Below, piece by piece: positions 11,109-22,839 of a DNA stretch of 64,000 nt. Numbering within the stretch: position 1 is the first letter of the stretch; the number at the start of each line of letters is the position of its first letter. Under the pieces are notes generated by a model. That model was given only the letters and a program-made list of their open reading frames with translations, had not been told where the DNA came from and ran no database searches. Where the stretch lies: assembly GCA_027923505.1 (NCBI GenBank), contig BROI01000002.1:1674001-1738000 (forward strand). Direction: 5' to 3'. Origin of the DNA: Mayamaea pseudoterrestris (Eukaryota). The translations under genes were made by a program, and so were the position numbers.

Positions 11109-13043
11109 TTAAGAAAATTGCTGAAGCAAACGGTCGACTGGACAGTCGTTGCCGCCTTGTTTTGATTCCGCGCAGAACGCGTTAAAGCCGTCCAAACACC
11201 AGTTGCGCTTCTTCAATCCCAGAAGCATAATGACAAGGCAGCCCACTGTTGCGAGGGCGATGATTGTTGCAAGAATGAAGATGATAATGCTTGCCTTGCC
11301 AGTGCGTTTAACGTAGCCATCGATTTTGCTTTTGCCCAACAGCGCCCCGGTAAAGCAAACACCAAAGTAAAAGACAGCGTAGCTCCAGTGCAGAATGCCA
11401 GACGTGAGAACGATAAAGACGACGCTCGACGCCGTCAAAACAATCATCGTCGCAGTCGTGGCGCTTGACACGCGCGGATTGACTCCCATTTCAATCATGA
11501 GAGGCCCAAGCACCATGCCACCACCGACACCAATCAAACCCGCGACAATGCCCGCGACAAACGTAAACATGCCAAACAGTTGAAGGTTTCTCCAGTCCCA
11601 CTGTGGGTCGTCGCGTAAATATGGATATCGCACGGCGACGCGTGCCACTTGGCCTTTGTAAAGCTTACGTCCAAAGATGCAGGAGAATCCAAGCAACCAT
11701 GCAAACTGGACAACAATCAAAACAATATACCAGGGACTCTGGCAAGTAATACCAATTATGGATTCGACACCCTTTCCACCTTTCATGAGAGTCAGCACTA
11801 ACAGACCAATCCACAATATAGCGAGTGAAACAATCTTGCTGATGGGGTATTGGATGGAGTCAACTTCCAGAAACGCAATACGCCGCTGAAGCTCCTCATT
11901 GGCACATGTTTCAAATGAAAGTGGGCGCGACGATCGAAATACGTCCGACTCGAAATGTGCCGTATCATCATCATCATCCATGTCGTTGCTTGCTGGTAAC
12001 CCATCCTCATACACTTTGACATCCACTGCCGCAACACTCGTAACTGCGGAACCATCGGCCACAGAAGCTGCGCCGTCAGTCGCATCTCCATCAGCCACCA
12101 TTGGCAACGGATCGTACTCGCCGTCGCTCGACGCCATTCGCATGACTCCATCTCGCTGCTCCGTATCGTTCAACCTCTGCTCCGCCTTTTGCGCGCTAAA
12201 ATACTTGACAAAGGTTTTTTGGGATGTCACACCAAGTATGAGACCCGCCAGTAGCAAGTACATGTAGTTTGGTAGCAACTTTTGCACCAGCACGCCCAGG
12301 ACGGCGCCCGCCATTTCCATGGGCGCTAAAAAGAGCGCCATGTCGTAGTGAATGAGTGGTCGCGTATAATAGCGTCTTGCATACTCTAGTTCCTGCAAAG
12401 TCGTCAATGGAACCTGCAAGGTGCGCTTCGATTCCGTCTTGTCCTTGTCGTCGACTACTCCCGGGTCGGAGCGAACGTGTTCGTTTGGATGCAGGTTGCG
12501 CACGTTGAGCAGCAAGCCACCGAGGCTGGCGCCAAAGACGGATGCTTGACTCAAGCCGGACGCTTGCTTTGGTCTGTATCATAACAATGGCAAGAGAGAC
12601 AGTGATAGTAACACAGTGCAACGACATGTTAGGTAAGCTGTCCAGCACATTCATCCCACTTTATACACGTACGCAAACTGAAGTAGCAGTATTCCCAGCG
12701 GCACGTAAATGCCTCCTCCTCCCACGCCGGCGGAAATGGCAACGGCCGCCGTGAAAAACCACACGAGCGCTCCCATCAAGTCGCAATACATATAGTGATA
12801 GTGATGGTCAGTATGAATGTCAAACAAGACGCGGCGCATGCAAATATGGTGAGTCACGTCGCCGTAGGTGTAGCCGTCACAGTTTAGACAGTCGTCCACC
12901 TGCATGCCGCCGCAGTTGGGACAAGTGAATTGGCTTTCATTGCTTTGAATGCTACATGACTTGTCGTGCTGCTGCGATTCGGCGAGTGAAATGAGCGAAA
13001 CGAGTAACAAGAGTATGGTCGTTGACGTTGCGAGAAGAGTCAT
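11109..13043 (-). CDS. sulfite exporter TauE/SafE family membrane protein; intron 12574-12672
   Basis: AGVGGGGIYVP in exon 1 joins across GTACGT...CAG to FAPKQASGLSQAS; second-half motifs GLIGVGGGMVLGP and SSATTATMI. Confidence 0.88.
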
Positions 13044-13404
13044 TTTTCCTCGCGAAAAGACTCGTGGAGAAAACATTAGGCTCTGACTTGTCTGAGAACG
13101 AAACCGAGGCTTAAATACGTCAAAGAGGTTATAGCGCGAATAGTGATAGCACTGAGCCTTTTGGCGTTTACGTTGTCGAGTCAACGTGAACGGCGCTTGG
13201 CCATGGTGAAAAGGTGCACCAGATCGATGATCGAGACGACAAATGGCGCTGCGACGTTGTCGTTGGTGGTGCGACGTAAAGTGACGTGGCACGACGCTCA
13301 GCCCTTTCGACCATGGAGGATTCGTCGTCCAGCATCTATCCTCCAATCCTGCACCTTGGACATCATTTTTTGCAAAGCTTTCTGAACATTGGAGCTTGGT
13401 GTAC

Positions 13405-14397
13405 ATGTTCATTCCCAAGCGAGTTTTGACAGCGATTTTGCTTTCAAGTAGCGTTCGGTGTAGCCGCTCATTTTCAACTGCTGCGTCAAGAGACACAAAA
13501 GTTCATCATTTTCGACTTGCAAATAATTGCCAAGGCCGTTCCATCAGAACCGTCATGTCGTTATCAAGTGACAAGAGCATGAGTGATGCCGAAACGTCGG
13601 AACAAGACGAAACGGTGAGTCGCATCGTGAACAATTTGGAAAACGTGCGGAACCGCATCCAAGCCGTTTGCGCGCAGAGTGATCGATCGGTCGACTCGGT
13701 GCGACTCGTTGCGGTGAGCAAGACGCAGCCTTTCGAGTCGCTACTCGCTGCCTACCAACATGGGAATCAGCGGGTCTTTGGAGAAAACTACGTGCAGGAG
13801 CTGCTCGACAAGGTGCAGCATTTTTCGCAGTTGCAGCAGCAAGACGATGATGACAACAACAACAACAACAATATCACGTGGCACTTCATTGGCACTCTGC
13901 AAAGCAACAAGGTCAATGCCATAGTTTCCGCCTTTGGCGACAAGATGGACCAGCTCGTGATTGAAACGGTGGCGTCGGTCAAGCTGGCCAACAAGCTCAA
14001 TAGTGCCGTTGCGTCGCAGCAGCAGCAGTCTGCCCCCAGCAATAGCAAGCTCAAAATTTTCATCCAAGTCAATACATCCGGAGAAGCTTCCAAGGGCGGA
14101 CTGGAGATTGACGAAAATTACGCCAGCATATTGAGTCTGTGCAAACATGTAAGAGACGAATGTTTGCACTTGCGCTTGATGGGACTCATGACGATTGGCG
14201 CGCCCAATGACGACAACGCCTTTGACAAGTTGAAGCACTGCCGCGAGGCTGTGGAGCGCGAGCTTGGACTACGCGATACCTTGGAGCTGTCCATGGGCAT
14301 GAGTGACGACTTTGAAACGGCCATTGCCAAGGGCTCAACGAACGTTCGGGTCGGATCAACCATCTTTGGAGCAAGAAACTACTCCAGTAAGCAATAG
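13405..14397 (+). CDS. PLPBP: pyridoxal phosphate homeostasis protein (YggS/PROSC)
   Basis: LVAVSKT, FGENYVQEL, WHFIGTLQSNK, QVNTSGEASKGG, LSMGMSDDF, VRVGSTIFG. Confidence 0.95.
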   Translation: MFIPKRVLTAILLSSSVRCSRSFSTAASRDTKVHHFRLANNCQGRSIRTVMSLSSDKSMSDAETSEQDETVSRIVNNLENVRNRIQAVCAQSDRSVDSVRLVAVSKTQPFESLLAAYQHGNQRVFGENYVQELLDKVQHFSQLQQQDDDDNNNNNNITWHFIGTLQSNKVNAIVSAFGDKMDQLVIETVASVKLANKLNSAVASQQQQSAPSNSKLKIFIQVNTSGEASKGGLEIDENYASILSLCKHVRDECLHLRLMGLMTIGAPNDDNAFDKLKHCREAVERELGLRDTLELSMGMSDDFETAIAKGSTNVRVGSTIFGARNYSSKQ

Positions 14398-14965
14398 TAT
14401 TATATTGTAGATGCTAACTATTAGTGATTGTGAAGTGCTGGAGGGCATGTAAATGGTTGTATATAGTTCTTGTGTACTCAAAGCTTCACACATTCGCTTT
14501 TTGAAACAGCCGAAGTGATGCAACGTTAGTGCTATGAGTCTGCGCGTTCTTGAAGTTTCCACTAATCGGTAACATGCGCTGGAAAGGAATTTCAGCTCAT
14601 GGATAAGTAGCATGACGCGTTCATAATAACACATTCGCGGCGGGGAGGTGGCAGGATCAAGTGTCACAAAGCCTGCAAAGACTTTTACGCGCTCCGCGCA
14701 CACAAGGACTGTCAAACTGTGGTGCCAACAATTTTAGTCTATATGGAACAGAAGGAGAGGCTAGAGATTGCAGTAATTGAGTGGTAATTGATGGCGCTCT
14801 GAGAGCATACTCCTAAAGTATAGCAATGTGTTTGGGAAAGCTAACACATTTATTATTAGGGTCATTGCATGCACCACAACCATGACATCATCTAGGTTGC
14901 AGCTGCAGTATTCCAAGTATTGTTGTGAGACATGTCCGGATTTATCCTACCGCAATTAACTCCAT

Positions 14966-15287
14966 GGTGCTACAGTGTGTGGCCTTTAACGACAATACCC
15001 AATAGTCTTATTCCATGAATTCTGTTCTGGCTATCCTTTGGGACACATATACGGTGAGATTGGTGCATCACAACCACTCCCAGCTCACGTGTAGCCTCAG
15101 TTGTTGGGGAGGGCAAAGATCCACACAGTAACCAGCCACACGGTGCTACAGTGTGTGGCCTTCAAGACTACCCCCAGTAGTATTTTTCCATGATTCTGTT
15201 CTGGCTATCCTTGGGGACACGTATGCGGTGAGAATGGTGCATAACAATCATTCCCAGCTCACGTGTGGCATCAGTAGTTGTTGGGCG
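14966..15287 (+). repeat. two-copy ~176-bp tandem repeat in a CpG-poor intergenic region
   Basis: ggtgctacagtgtgtggcc at 14966 and 15142; copies align through ...cagctcacgtgt...gttgttggg. Confidence 0.9.
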
Positions 15288-15489
15288 GTACTTGTACGAG
15301 TAGTGGTGACGAAGCGGCATTAAAGTAAACCGGTACGACGTACATCACGCAAACCATTCGAAACGGAAACGGACTGCAAACTTGTTCGCCCTTTCACTTT
15401 ACAGATCATTGGAACAAGCCACCCTCTACAGGTACATTAATGGAATAGCAGGCTGCGAGAGAATTTAATCATTTATAGATTCTTCTGCC

Positions 15490-16950
15490 ATGACGGCATT
15501 ATCAAAAGCACGAGGGACGAGCAGTCGCTGCAGTCGCTTTCAGCGCCACCAATCTCGCACTCACACCCGAATGATGTTTCTACTTGTTTACGTCTGCCTC
15601 GTTTCATTTACTCCAACGACCCATGCCATAGACGCAACATGGACTCCCAATGAATCCGACGGCGCATCCGGACCATTGCCGCTGAGCCAGCAAAAGCGCC
15701 AGCAGCTCCTCCAACTCGAAGACGCCATTCGCACGTCGCCCGATCCGCAAGGCACGCTCCATGCCGCCGCCGCGAGCATTCACATGGATCCCCAAGACTT
15801 GCTGAGTATGTTGGAACGAAATCATGCGGACATGCAGCAAACTGCGTCAACGCCAAGGGCGACGAGACGCCTTGTCCACGGCGTTGGCACCTTGACCATG
15901 GCGCTCACACATTGGACGCGCCGGCACGTTCGTCAAGCCACCTTGCTACTGACCCTCTTGGTGGTGTCACTGTATGTACTTCAAACGGCGCCGACCTCCG
16001 GGACGGTGATTTCGTCTTCAAGGCGTCCGTTGTTGTCCAATGGACCAACGACCTTGTTTCGTCCGCCGATTCTGTTTGTGCAAACACAAATGCTGCATAG
16101 TGACACGCATACTACTATTAGTCCAGTGCTTGCCAATTGGAAGCGCCAGGAATGGATGCGTGCGATGGATCAACTGCAAGTGCAGGAGGATGGAAGCATT
16201 TGGCACAAGTCGACGTCCAATCTGTCCCAAGCCGCATCGGCGCAAGTGACTCTGGACTTGACGGCGTTGACGCACGATGCAGACGAGGACGACGAGCTCC
16301 AAGCACTTGTGGAGGAATTGGCTTGGGAGCAAGCCGCCTTTGTCTTGAAGAGCAAGCTCTTGACGGAGCGCGTTGCGGATCCAAATGCCGTGCAACTCGT
16401 CGTGCCAACATCTTCCAACAACGACAAGAACGCTGTACTCGTCGTCAAGGGACTCGGCGACTACAAGCGGTACGGCATGGTGGGACTGCGCGTGGCGGAG
16501 CAACGAGTAAATGATACATTACAAGACGAGCTCTGTTTGTCCATGAACACGTGGGCCAACAGTCATTTTGATGGTCGACTGCACGTTTCAGTGACCAAAC
16601 AGGCAAACAATGAACTGACAATTCGCGTCTACTTGATGATACCAAAACATGGCAATCGAATCGCTCGCAACACTGCCTTGAGCATTGTCCATCACATGGC
16701 GTCATCCATTGCCGACTCGATTCGCATACGCACGCAGCAAACTTTGGCGCGACGCCACCAATCCAATTCGTTTTCCAAATCAGCAAAGACGCGGGCGCAG
16801 ACGCGTCGCAAGACGCGACACGACATGGAGCAGCAAATGGAAACCATGTCGACGGAGCGAAGGCGGAAGTGGCATCGGTCCAATCCCAACGTTGGCCACT
16901 ATCGGCCCAGCAACGATCGACTCAAGAGTCCGCTGAATGCAATGTATTAA
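15490..16950 (+). CDS. hypothetical protein with signal-like segment and one TM helix
   Basis: 486-aa ORF; hydrophobic MMFLLVYVCLVSF and LLLTLLVVSLYVL; basic C-terminus. Confidence 0.7.
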   Translation: MTALSKARGTSSRCSRFQRHQSRTHTRMMFLLVYVCLVSFTPTTHAIDATWTPNESDGASGPLPLSQQKRQQLLQLEDAIRTSPDPQGTLHAAAASIHMDPQDLLSMLERNHADMQQTASTPRATRRLVHGVGTLTMALTHWTRRHVRQATLLLTLLVVSLYVLQTAPTSGTVISSSRRPLLSNGPTTLFRPPILFVQTQMLHSDTHTTISPVLANWKRQEWMRAMDQLQVQEDGSIWHKSTSNLSQAASAQVTLDLTALTHDADEDDELQALVEELAWEQAAFVLKSKLLTERVADPNAVQLVVPTSSNNDKNAVLVVKGLGDYKRYGMVGLRVAEQRVNDTLQDELCLSMNTWANSHFDGRLHVSVTKQANNELTIRVYLMIPKHGNRIARNTALSIVHHMASSIADSIRIRTQQTLARRHQSNSFSKSAKTRAQTRRKTRHDMEQQMETMSTERRRKWHRSNPNVGHYRPSNDRLKSPLNAMY

Positions 16951-17288
16951 AGGATAATAAATGGAACGGCAAATAGTAAAGATAAACGGTTCTTACATAA
17001 CTCTTGTTCACTAGGTATTTAATGAATGCGTTCATGCAGCGACATGTATGATAGCGCGCCATGCACAAAAATCCAACATTGTGAACGAAAAAAAGAGCCG
17101 CTCCGCCAACGTAAGAGTCGAATATCCAAAAATACGAAGATGAAACGTTTTCGTCAGCTCATCCTGGGTCCATGTAGTAGTAAGTGTATCCCGTGCATGG
17201 AATGCATATAAAAATACAGCTCGACTCACGTCGATGTTAGCGGAGCAACTAGTGCCCAAGTCCAAACAGCAAGCCATATTGTCCTCAA

Positions 17289-17789
17289 TTAAAACGTCGT
17301 GGACGATTGAATGTGACTACTACTAGAGTAATTGTCCGGCGGCTCGGACATGCGTCTCGAGTGCAGCAAACCAAACGGCGCATTCTCCGTGCGAAACTTC
17401 ATCATTAGCTCCTGCAGCTCGCGGCGCTTGGCCTCCGTGGCCCTGCACAAATCGTCCGTGGGCCAATTCTTTTGCACCGCCTCCTGAAAGACAATTTCGA
17501 GTGCGCGCACCTGCTCGCGCATGGCGTCAATCTGCGACTGCTGCTCGAACGTAAATGTAGATGATGATGCGGTGCGCGGTGACATGGAGAGTGGACCGAG
17601 GCAGCTTGCTTCGAGTGGTAGGCCAAAGGGAGAAACGTTGGGCGAGTCCATGGATGTGGTGACATGAGGACTAGCTTGGGGAGTAATGGGGCAGCCAAAA
17701 ACGTCTGCTCCTGCTGATCCGCCGCCCTTGTTGCTGAGTTGCTTCATTCGTCGTCGTGGTTGCCGGGGACTGCTCGTGGGGCTACTCAT
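17289..17789 (-). CDS. small hypothetical Ser/Pro-rich protein (5' structure uncertain)
   Basis: ORF from ATG MSSPTSSP at 17789; may be linked to the upstream ORF 17786-18346, which is in another frame. Confidence 0.45.
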   Translation of the reverse strand: MSSPTSSPRQPRRRMKQLSNKGGGSAGADVFGCPITPQASPHVTTSMDSPNVSPFGLPLEASCLGPLSMSPRTASSSTFTFEQQSQIDAMREQVRALEIVFQEAVQKNWPTDDLCRATEAKRRELQELMMKFRTENAPFGLLHSRRMSEPPDNYSSSSHIQSSTTF

Positions 17790-18592
17790 GCTGCGAAAGT
17801 GCGTCGGCAAGATCTAAGTAGGAATGAGAGAGGAATAAGGACAAAAAGGATTTGATGAGATGACTGTGATCGTAGATCAACCAAGAGTGCAATTTGGAAC
17901 TCTCTACGTTCGACGAAGAAAAGGATAGCACATACAATAGGCCGCTTCTGTACAGGATCATGATCGTGAATGATGCCTGTTCTGCAAAATGCTGCTTGCT
18001 CATGGTGTAGTACGTATATTCCAAAACCGATTAAGTCTCGCCATGGTACGCACGGCTTCGCTGACACGAAGCTTCCCAGTAAAATCCAAAGATGTCGTAA
18101 TACTCTCTTCTTCGACAAGGCCTCTCGCTCGTTCCTACGGAGCATCGGCGAAACACCATCGAATGAACGTACCTGCAGCCTCGTTCCATCCGCCGTGCCC
18201 ACCGAGGAGGAAGCTGCTACGTCAAAGGCTTGATGAAAGTAGTCATTGTCTTCCTCTGGAATCGGGGTAGTCATTATAATGAGATGCAGAGCGTCTCTCC
18301 TCGCAAGAAAGTAACAATGGAGCAGGATTGATACAAGAGGTGTCACAACAATGAGGTCACGCGCTTCATCGATTGTTCTGCGCGAGAAAGATCGCCGTTC
18401 GGTGCCGTTCCGTGACTGTCCACAGCATCGGACCGGTACTCATGAACAACGGTGCGACACGGTGTCGCAGCGCATCGTTCCTCGCTTCCTCACACCATGG
18501 CAACTTGCTTGTCGTAATAGTCAACTCAAGCATCCTATTGACGTTACTTGTATACCAGACAGCTATATATATACACTTTGTTCATTTTCATT

Positions 18593-19082
18593 ATGAAGCT
18601 AGTCAAATTTCTACAGAAACTGACGCGGGAGCAAGTGACCATTGAGCTCAAGAATGGCAGCGTGGTGCAAGGCACCGTCGTGGGCGTGGATTCCACCATG
18701 AACTGCCATTTGCGCAAGGCCAAGGTGACAGTGTACGTTTTAATGATGACTGTGATGATAGTGAGAGTGAATGGAAGAAATTGCATGAACTGCGACATGG
18801 AGGCAGCGTTCCATGAATGATTCTTAGCTGCCGTGGCTCACGACTTGTTTCACCCCATTTTTAAACAGACGCGGCAAGAACCCGGTACCATACGCTACAC
18901 TGTCCATCCGTGGATCCACCATTCGCGCGTGGCTGCTTCCAGAGTCACTCAATCTGGATGCACTCTTGGTGGACGACACGAAAAAGGTCAAGGTGGCATC
19001 GGCGGCTGCTGGAGGCAGGGGACGAGGAGGTGGCGCTGGCGGCGGACGAGGCAGAGGACGTGGTCGGGGAATGCGACGATGA
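18593..19082 (+). CDS. SMD1: small nuclear ribonucleoprotein Sm D1; intron 18733-18868
   Basis: [30 protein letters not shown] spliced (GTACGT...CAG) to [21 protein letters not shown] and a GR-rich tail. Confidence 0.95.
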
Positions 19083-19436
19083 GTCAAAACACGTATATAA
19101 AACTTTATTGATCATTTGGTTAATGTATATGTTAGTCGACTGAGTTTGTCGCTCCGTGTCATGCACTTCAGCGCAAGCATATGCGTATTTATGTACAGCG
19201 TGATGCCAGATGTGTTGTGACCGAGAAAGTATTTTCGACACTCATCCTTCACGCTCGCAGCACGTTGAAGAATCGTTGGTTAGCCACGACTTGCGTGCGC
19301 GCATCGTGATGGATGAAAATGCTGACACAGTAGATCGCGTTGCTTGGTTGCTGGACCGTGACACAACGCGGTGCAAGGTTCATCAGCGTCTATATTGGTT
19401 GGTGGCGCCTCTCGTTGACGCCTCTATACGCGCAGC

Positions 19437-20537
19437 TTGAATATCACCTATACAATGTTCAGGAGCTTGAAAGAGCTCTTTCATTGCTCCCGCGAAGGTG
19501 GATGGTGCTGGCAAGGCAGTCGCGAAACGAGCTTTGAGGCCGAGGACATGGCGGATCAGCTTTGGCAGGAGTTTTGCGAGGAGGATCCAAGTTTGCCACG
19601 CACCATTAGCATTCCCAGATGCGACTGCAACAATGATGAGTCCAGCGACTTTGTGATGTCGGCTATGGGAGAGGATGACGATTTTGATAGTGTCATTGGA
19701 ATCATGCTGCCCATTCCCGAAGTGGAGGACGAAGATGACTTTGATGATGATGATTGTCGGGCGGCTGCGACCATCATGACAGATGTCCGCACCGTGCCAA
19801 CCATGTCAACGTCTCCTTCTTCCGCTGGCTCTCGCGATGCATGTCTCAGCATGTATAGCAATGACGATGACGACGACGGCCTGGATAGTTTGTTGGGAGT
19901 CCGCTTGGTGCCCACATCGAAAGTGTCTGCGAAGACCCGCTCGGTTGCTCGCGGCATGTCGAATGGGGCTCTAAAGTCACCAGCTTCCATAAGCAAGTCA
20001 TTTTACGAACCTGGTCGTGACCTTGCCAAGAAGTTGCTGCAGATTCGAGGCCAAAAACCGAGTGTTGGCCCAATCCAAGATGGTTCCTCGCGTACTCCAG
20101 CCAAGCCCAGCGCTAACGGCGGTCGTCTGGCGGGAAAGACTCTTCTTCGATCCAACCAGTCGGCGCCTACGAGCAATCGAACCCGATCCGACTCCCTTGT
20201 CTATTCAATTGACGGTGAGGATGACGAGGATTGCTACGATGACTGCGGCGGTGACGATTTCATCGTCATGGAGCCATGCCGCCTTGGCGCTCTGCCCAAC
20301 ACCAGTGTTGCCTACTGCGGCGGTGGAGCAAGCTCGGAAACGTTGGTCTACACGCGCGCACCAACCGATGCCTTTGCTGCTGCTGGTAGCATTGACGATT
20401 CAAGCTACAGCAGTCATGGATATCGCTGGTCGCCCCCGCAAGTTGGCGTCAATGCCGTGCACCGCAAGTCTGCTTCCTCCATGACCGAGGATACATCCAG
20501 TGTTACGAGCATTACCTCGTCTTGTGCGTCCGTGTGA
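19437..20537 (+). CDS. hypothetical acidic/Ser-rich protein
   Basis: 366-aa ORF, low complexity, no recognisable domain; start uncertain. Confidence 0.55.
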   Translation: MNITYTMFRSLKELFHCSREGGWCWQGSRETSFEAEDMADQLWQEFCEEDPSLPRTISIPRCDCNNDESSDFVMSAMGEDDDFDSVIGIMLPIPEVEDEDDFDDDDCRAAATIMTDVRTVPTMSTSPSSAGSRDACLSMYSNDDDDDGLDSLLGVRLVPTSKVSAKTRSVARGMSNGALKSPASISKSFYEPGRDLAKKLLQIRGQKPSVGPIQDGSSRTPAKPSANGGRLAGKTLLRSNQSAPTSNRTRSDSLVYSIDGEDDEDCYDDCGGDDFIVMEPCRLGALPNTSVAYCGGGASSETLVYTRAPTDAFAAAGSIDDSSYSSHGYRWSPPQVGVNAVHRKSASSMTEDTSSVTSITSSCASV

Positions 20538-20747
20538 AGACAGTGTCGATGTTTATGATGCAACCGTGTTTATAAGCTAGCTGAATGAATTAATGTACGA
20601 AATAAATCATGTTTGCTGTAAGTATTACTGTTAACTTTACTTCTGGCCTAGGAAGGAATCGACGCCAGTCGAGTCCGTAAAGGCACCTTCTAAAAACGAT
20701 GCTACTGCATCGCGCTTCGGTCAAAATGTCAGAGTCTCCGAGCTTCT

Positions 20748-21470
20748 CTACGACCAGAATGGATCTTGCTCGGGCGCAGGTTCTGCCGCCGCCCCTTCAT
20801 TCTGCGACGTAGCCGCAGCAGGCGGAGCGTTTGGCACCAAGTATTCCGAAACATCCATAGCCTTGGCTCCCTTATCAAGCCACTGTCCTTCAATATTGTA
20901 GTACAATCGACTCTTTGGCGTCATGACGTGCACCATGATGGATCCAAAGTCCAGCAACATCCACCCCGAATCGGCCGATCCTTCCGGAACACCGGTCGTT
21001 CCAGGTCGAATGTCAAAGGTTGCTTCCACGTCCTTGCGGACGGCATTGGCAATGGCTTGATTCTGCGGACGAGAGTTTCCACTGACAATGACCAAGTAGC
21101 GCGTCAAGGTAGTGACTGGTGCGACATAGAGAGCGACAATGTTTTCCGCCTTGCGGCCGTCGGCCGATGTAATGACAGTTTTCAGCAGCTCCAGTGTGTC
21201 GTCATTGTCCTTTTGCAAATCATTGGCCGTGTCTCCAACCCATGAAAAGGTTTGTTCACCGGCAAAATACTCTTGCTGTTGCTGCTGCTGCGAGGTTGGT
21301 TCGGCTGCTGGAAGCGCAGATGATGAATGCCTCTGTTGGTGCGGTTGCGTTCGAAGAAAGGCGCGTGGATACGGCGCTTGTCCAAGGATTCGATCCGCCA
21401 AGTACCAGGCTTTAGCGGGTGCAAGAGCTGACAGCAGCCAAAGTGATGTTAGAAGGATTAGAGAAGGCAT
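20748..21470 (-). CDS. ribosomal silencing factor RsfS/Iojap, probably plastid-targeted
   Basis: ADGRKAENIVAL, VIVSGNSRPQNQAIA, PEG..SGWMLLDFGSIMVHVM..R..YNIE..W; signal peptide ending AKA-W. Confidence 0.92.
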   Translation of the reverse strand: MPSLILLTSLWLLSALAPAKAWYLADRILGQAPYPRAFLRTQPHQQRHSSSALPAAEPTSQQQQQQEYFAGEQTFSWVGDTANDLQKDNDDTLELLKTVITSADGRKAENIVALYVAPVTTLTRYLVIVSGNSRPQNQAIANAVRKDVEATFDIRPGTTGVPEGSADSGWMLLDFGSIMVHVMTPKSRLYYNIEGQWLDKGAKAMDVSEYLVPNAPPAAATSQNEGAAAEPAPEQDPFWS

Positions 21471-21856
21471 TCTTACTGTTGTTCTGCACATCATTGTCAT
21501 GATTGGTGATGGGATGTGGCTTTCAAAGAAGAGCATCTGGAGCTTGCTGACGGAACGCAATCACCGGACGCAGGCCAGATGCCATCTTTTGCGAACCAAC
21601 AAAGATTTGACCAATCAGAAATGCTCAGTGGAGTCGTGTGAACGGAATGATTCGTTCGAGAATGACCATGACCATGACCTCGAATAGGTTGCCTGTTACC
21701 GTAGCTAAAAGCAAGTTTGACAAGCAACATAACGACAACACTTGCTTATAAACCTCGTTCCTCGTCTACGACCTGCCTTGCTTGACCATAACTGCTCAAC
21801 ATGAGGCGTACCGTTAATGTAGCTTTTGCGGGAGCTTCATTTCGCATCGAGGACTC

Positions 21857-22291
21857 TTGGTGACACCCAGTCGTGTTCAAGAATCCCAGCAGTTATTTTA
21901 CGTTATTTTTCCAAGCGCGCGAGCTCAACACGAGAGAGACTTCGCCAATCGCGCAACTTCTCACAAATTGGACTCGTCGTCCCTCATTTTACCCACTGCA
22001 ACAATGTCCAAGGTCGCTCCTATTGACAAGCAAGAACTTTACAATACTGACAAGGCGGCATCCAACGACCAAGTAGTCGTTTCAACGATGAGCATGTTCG
22101 ACCAAAACTCTCCAAGCGCGGCGCGTCGCTTGATGCGCCTTCGCCGCCGCCTCTTTCTCGAGGCAGTCGCCACCCCATACGTGCCACAATCTCGAAGCTT
22201 TGCGGAGCGATCCTACTCGCAAGACAGCACCAGCACCATGGATACTTCAGTTGGTTCCGCCTTGACCATGGACGAGGAAGAAGAAGAATGA
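21857..22291 (+). CDS. small hypothetical protein (likely ATG near 22004)
   Basis: ORF of 96-144 aa followed by AT-rich 3' sequence; no homology recognised. Confidence 0.4.
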   Translation: MVTPSRVQESQQLFYVIFPSARAQHERDFANRATSHKLDSSSLILPTATMSKVAPIDKQELYNTDKAASNDQVVVSTMSMFDQNSPSAARRLMRLRRRLFLEAVATPYVPQSRSFAERSYSQDSTSTMDTSVGSALTMDEEEEE

Positions 22292-22839
22292 AGGGACAAA
22301 CTATAGAAGGAGGTGCATTCTATTCTTCATTTATATATCTTCAAGAGACTACCTGCTACATGCTTTTGCGTTGAATACATTTTCTGCATGTCCACAACTT
22401 CTCCGCAGCTTCATGAGCCCAATGACGTTCCAGCTTTACTCCGCGCTGATTGAAATTAACAGGTCCAATGCGTCGCCTCGCTCCATAAAAACACATCCAT
22501 GAATATGTTATTGCATATTAATTTTTATATAATCGCAATGTCTCTTCCAGAATATCTGTAGAAGATATAAACAGTGCTCATCGTAAGTGCCAGATCGACA
22601 GAAAATAAAGCACTTGTTTTATGCGGGAGGTGCATCATGAGCATCGCAGTACGAAAAGTCTACGGTAAAACCCGGCGGCTCGTCATGGCTCGTCACGTCC
22701 GCCATCTGCTAGATGTAGTTGATAGTCGATCGTGCGACTTCTTATGTCACGCCAATTGAGCAAGGCCAGCGGCGGCTGCGATGCAGCTACGCGCATCTTC
22801 CCGCGACAGCAATGGCAATACTTTGTATGCAGCTCGCAC

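Noticed and set aside
12651..13496. 281-aa ORF overlapping the YggS gene start
   Set aside because: Only the part from ATG 13043 fits the TauE gene; the upstream extension is probably non-coding
17786..18346. 186-aa minus-strand ORF as a separate gene or first exon
   Set aside because: No recognisable domain and no convincing splice junction to 17289-17789; left uncalled
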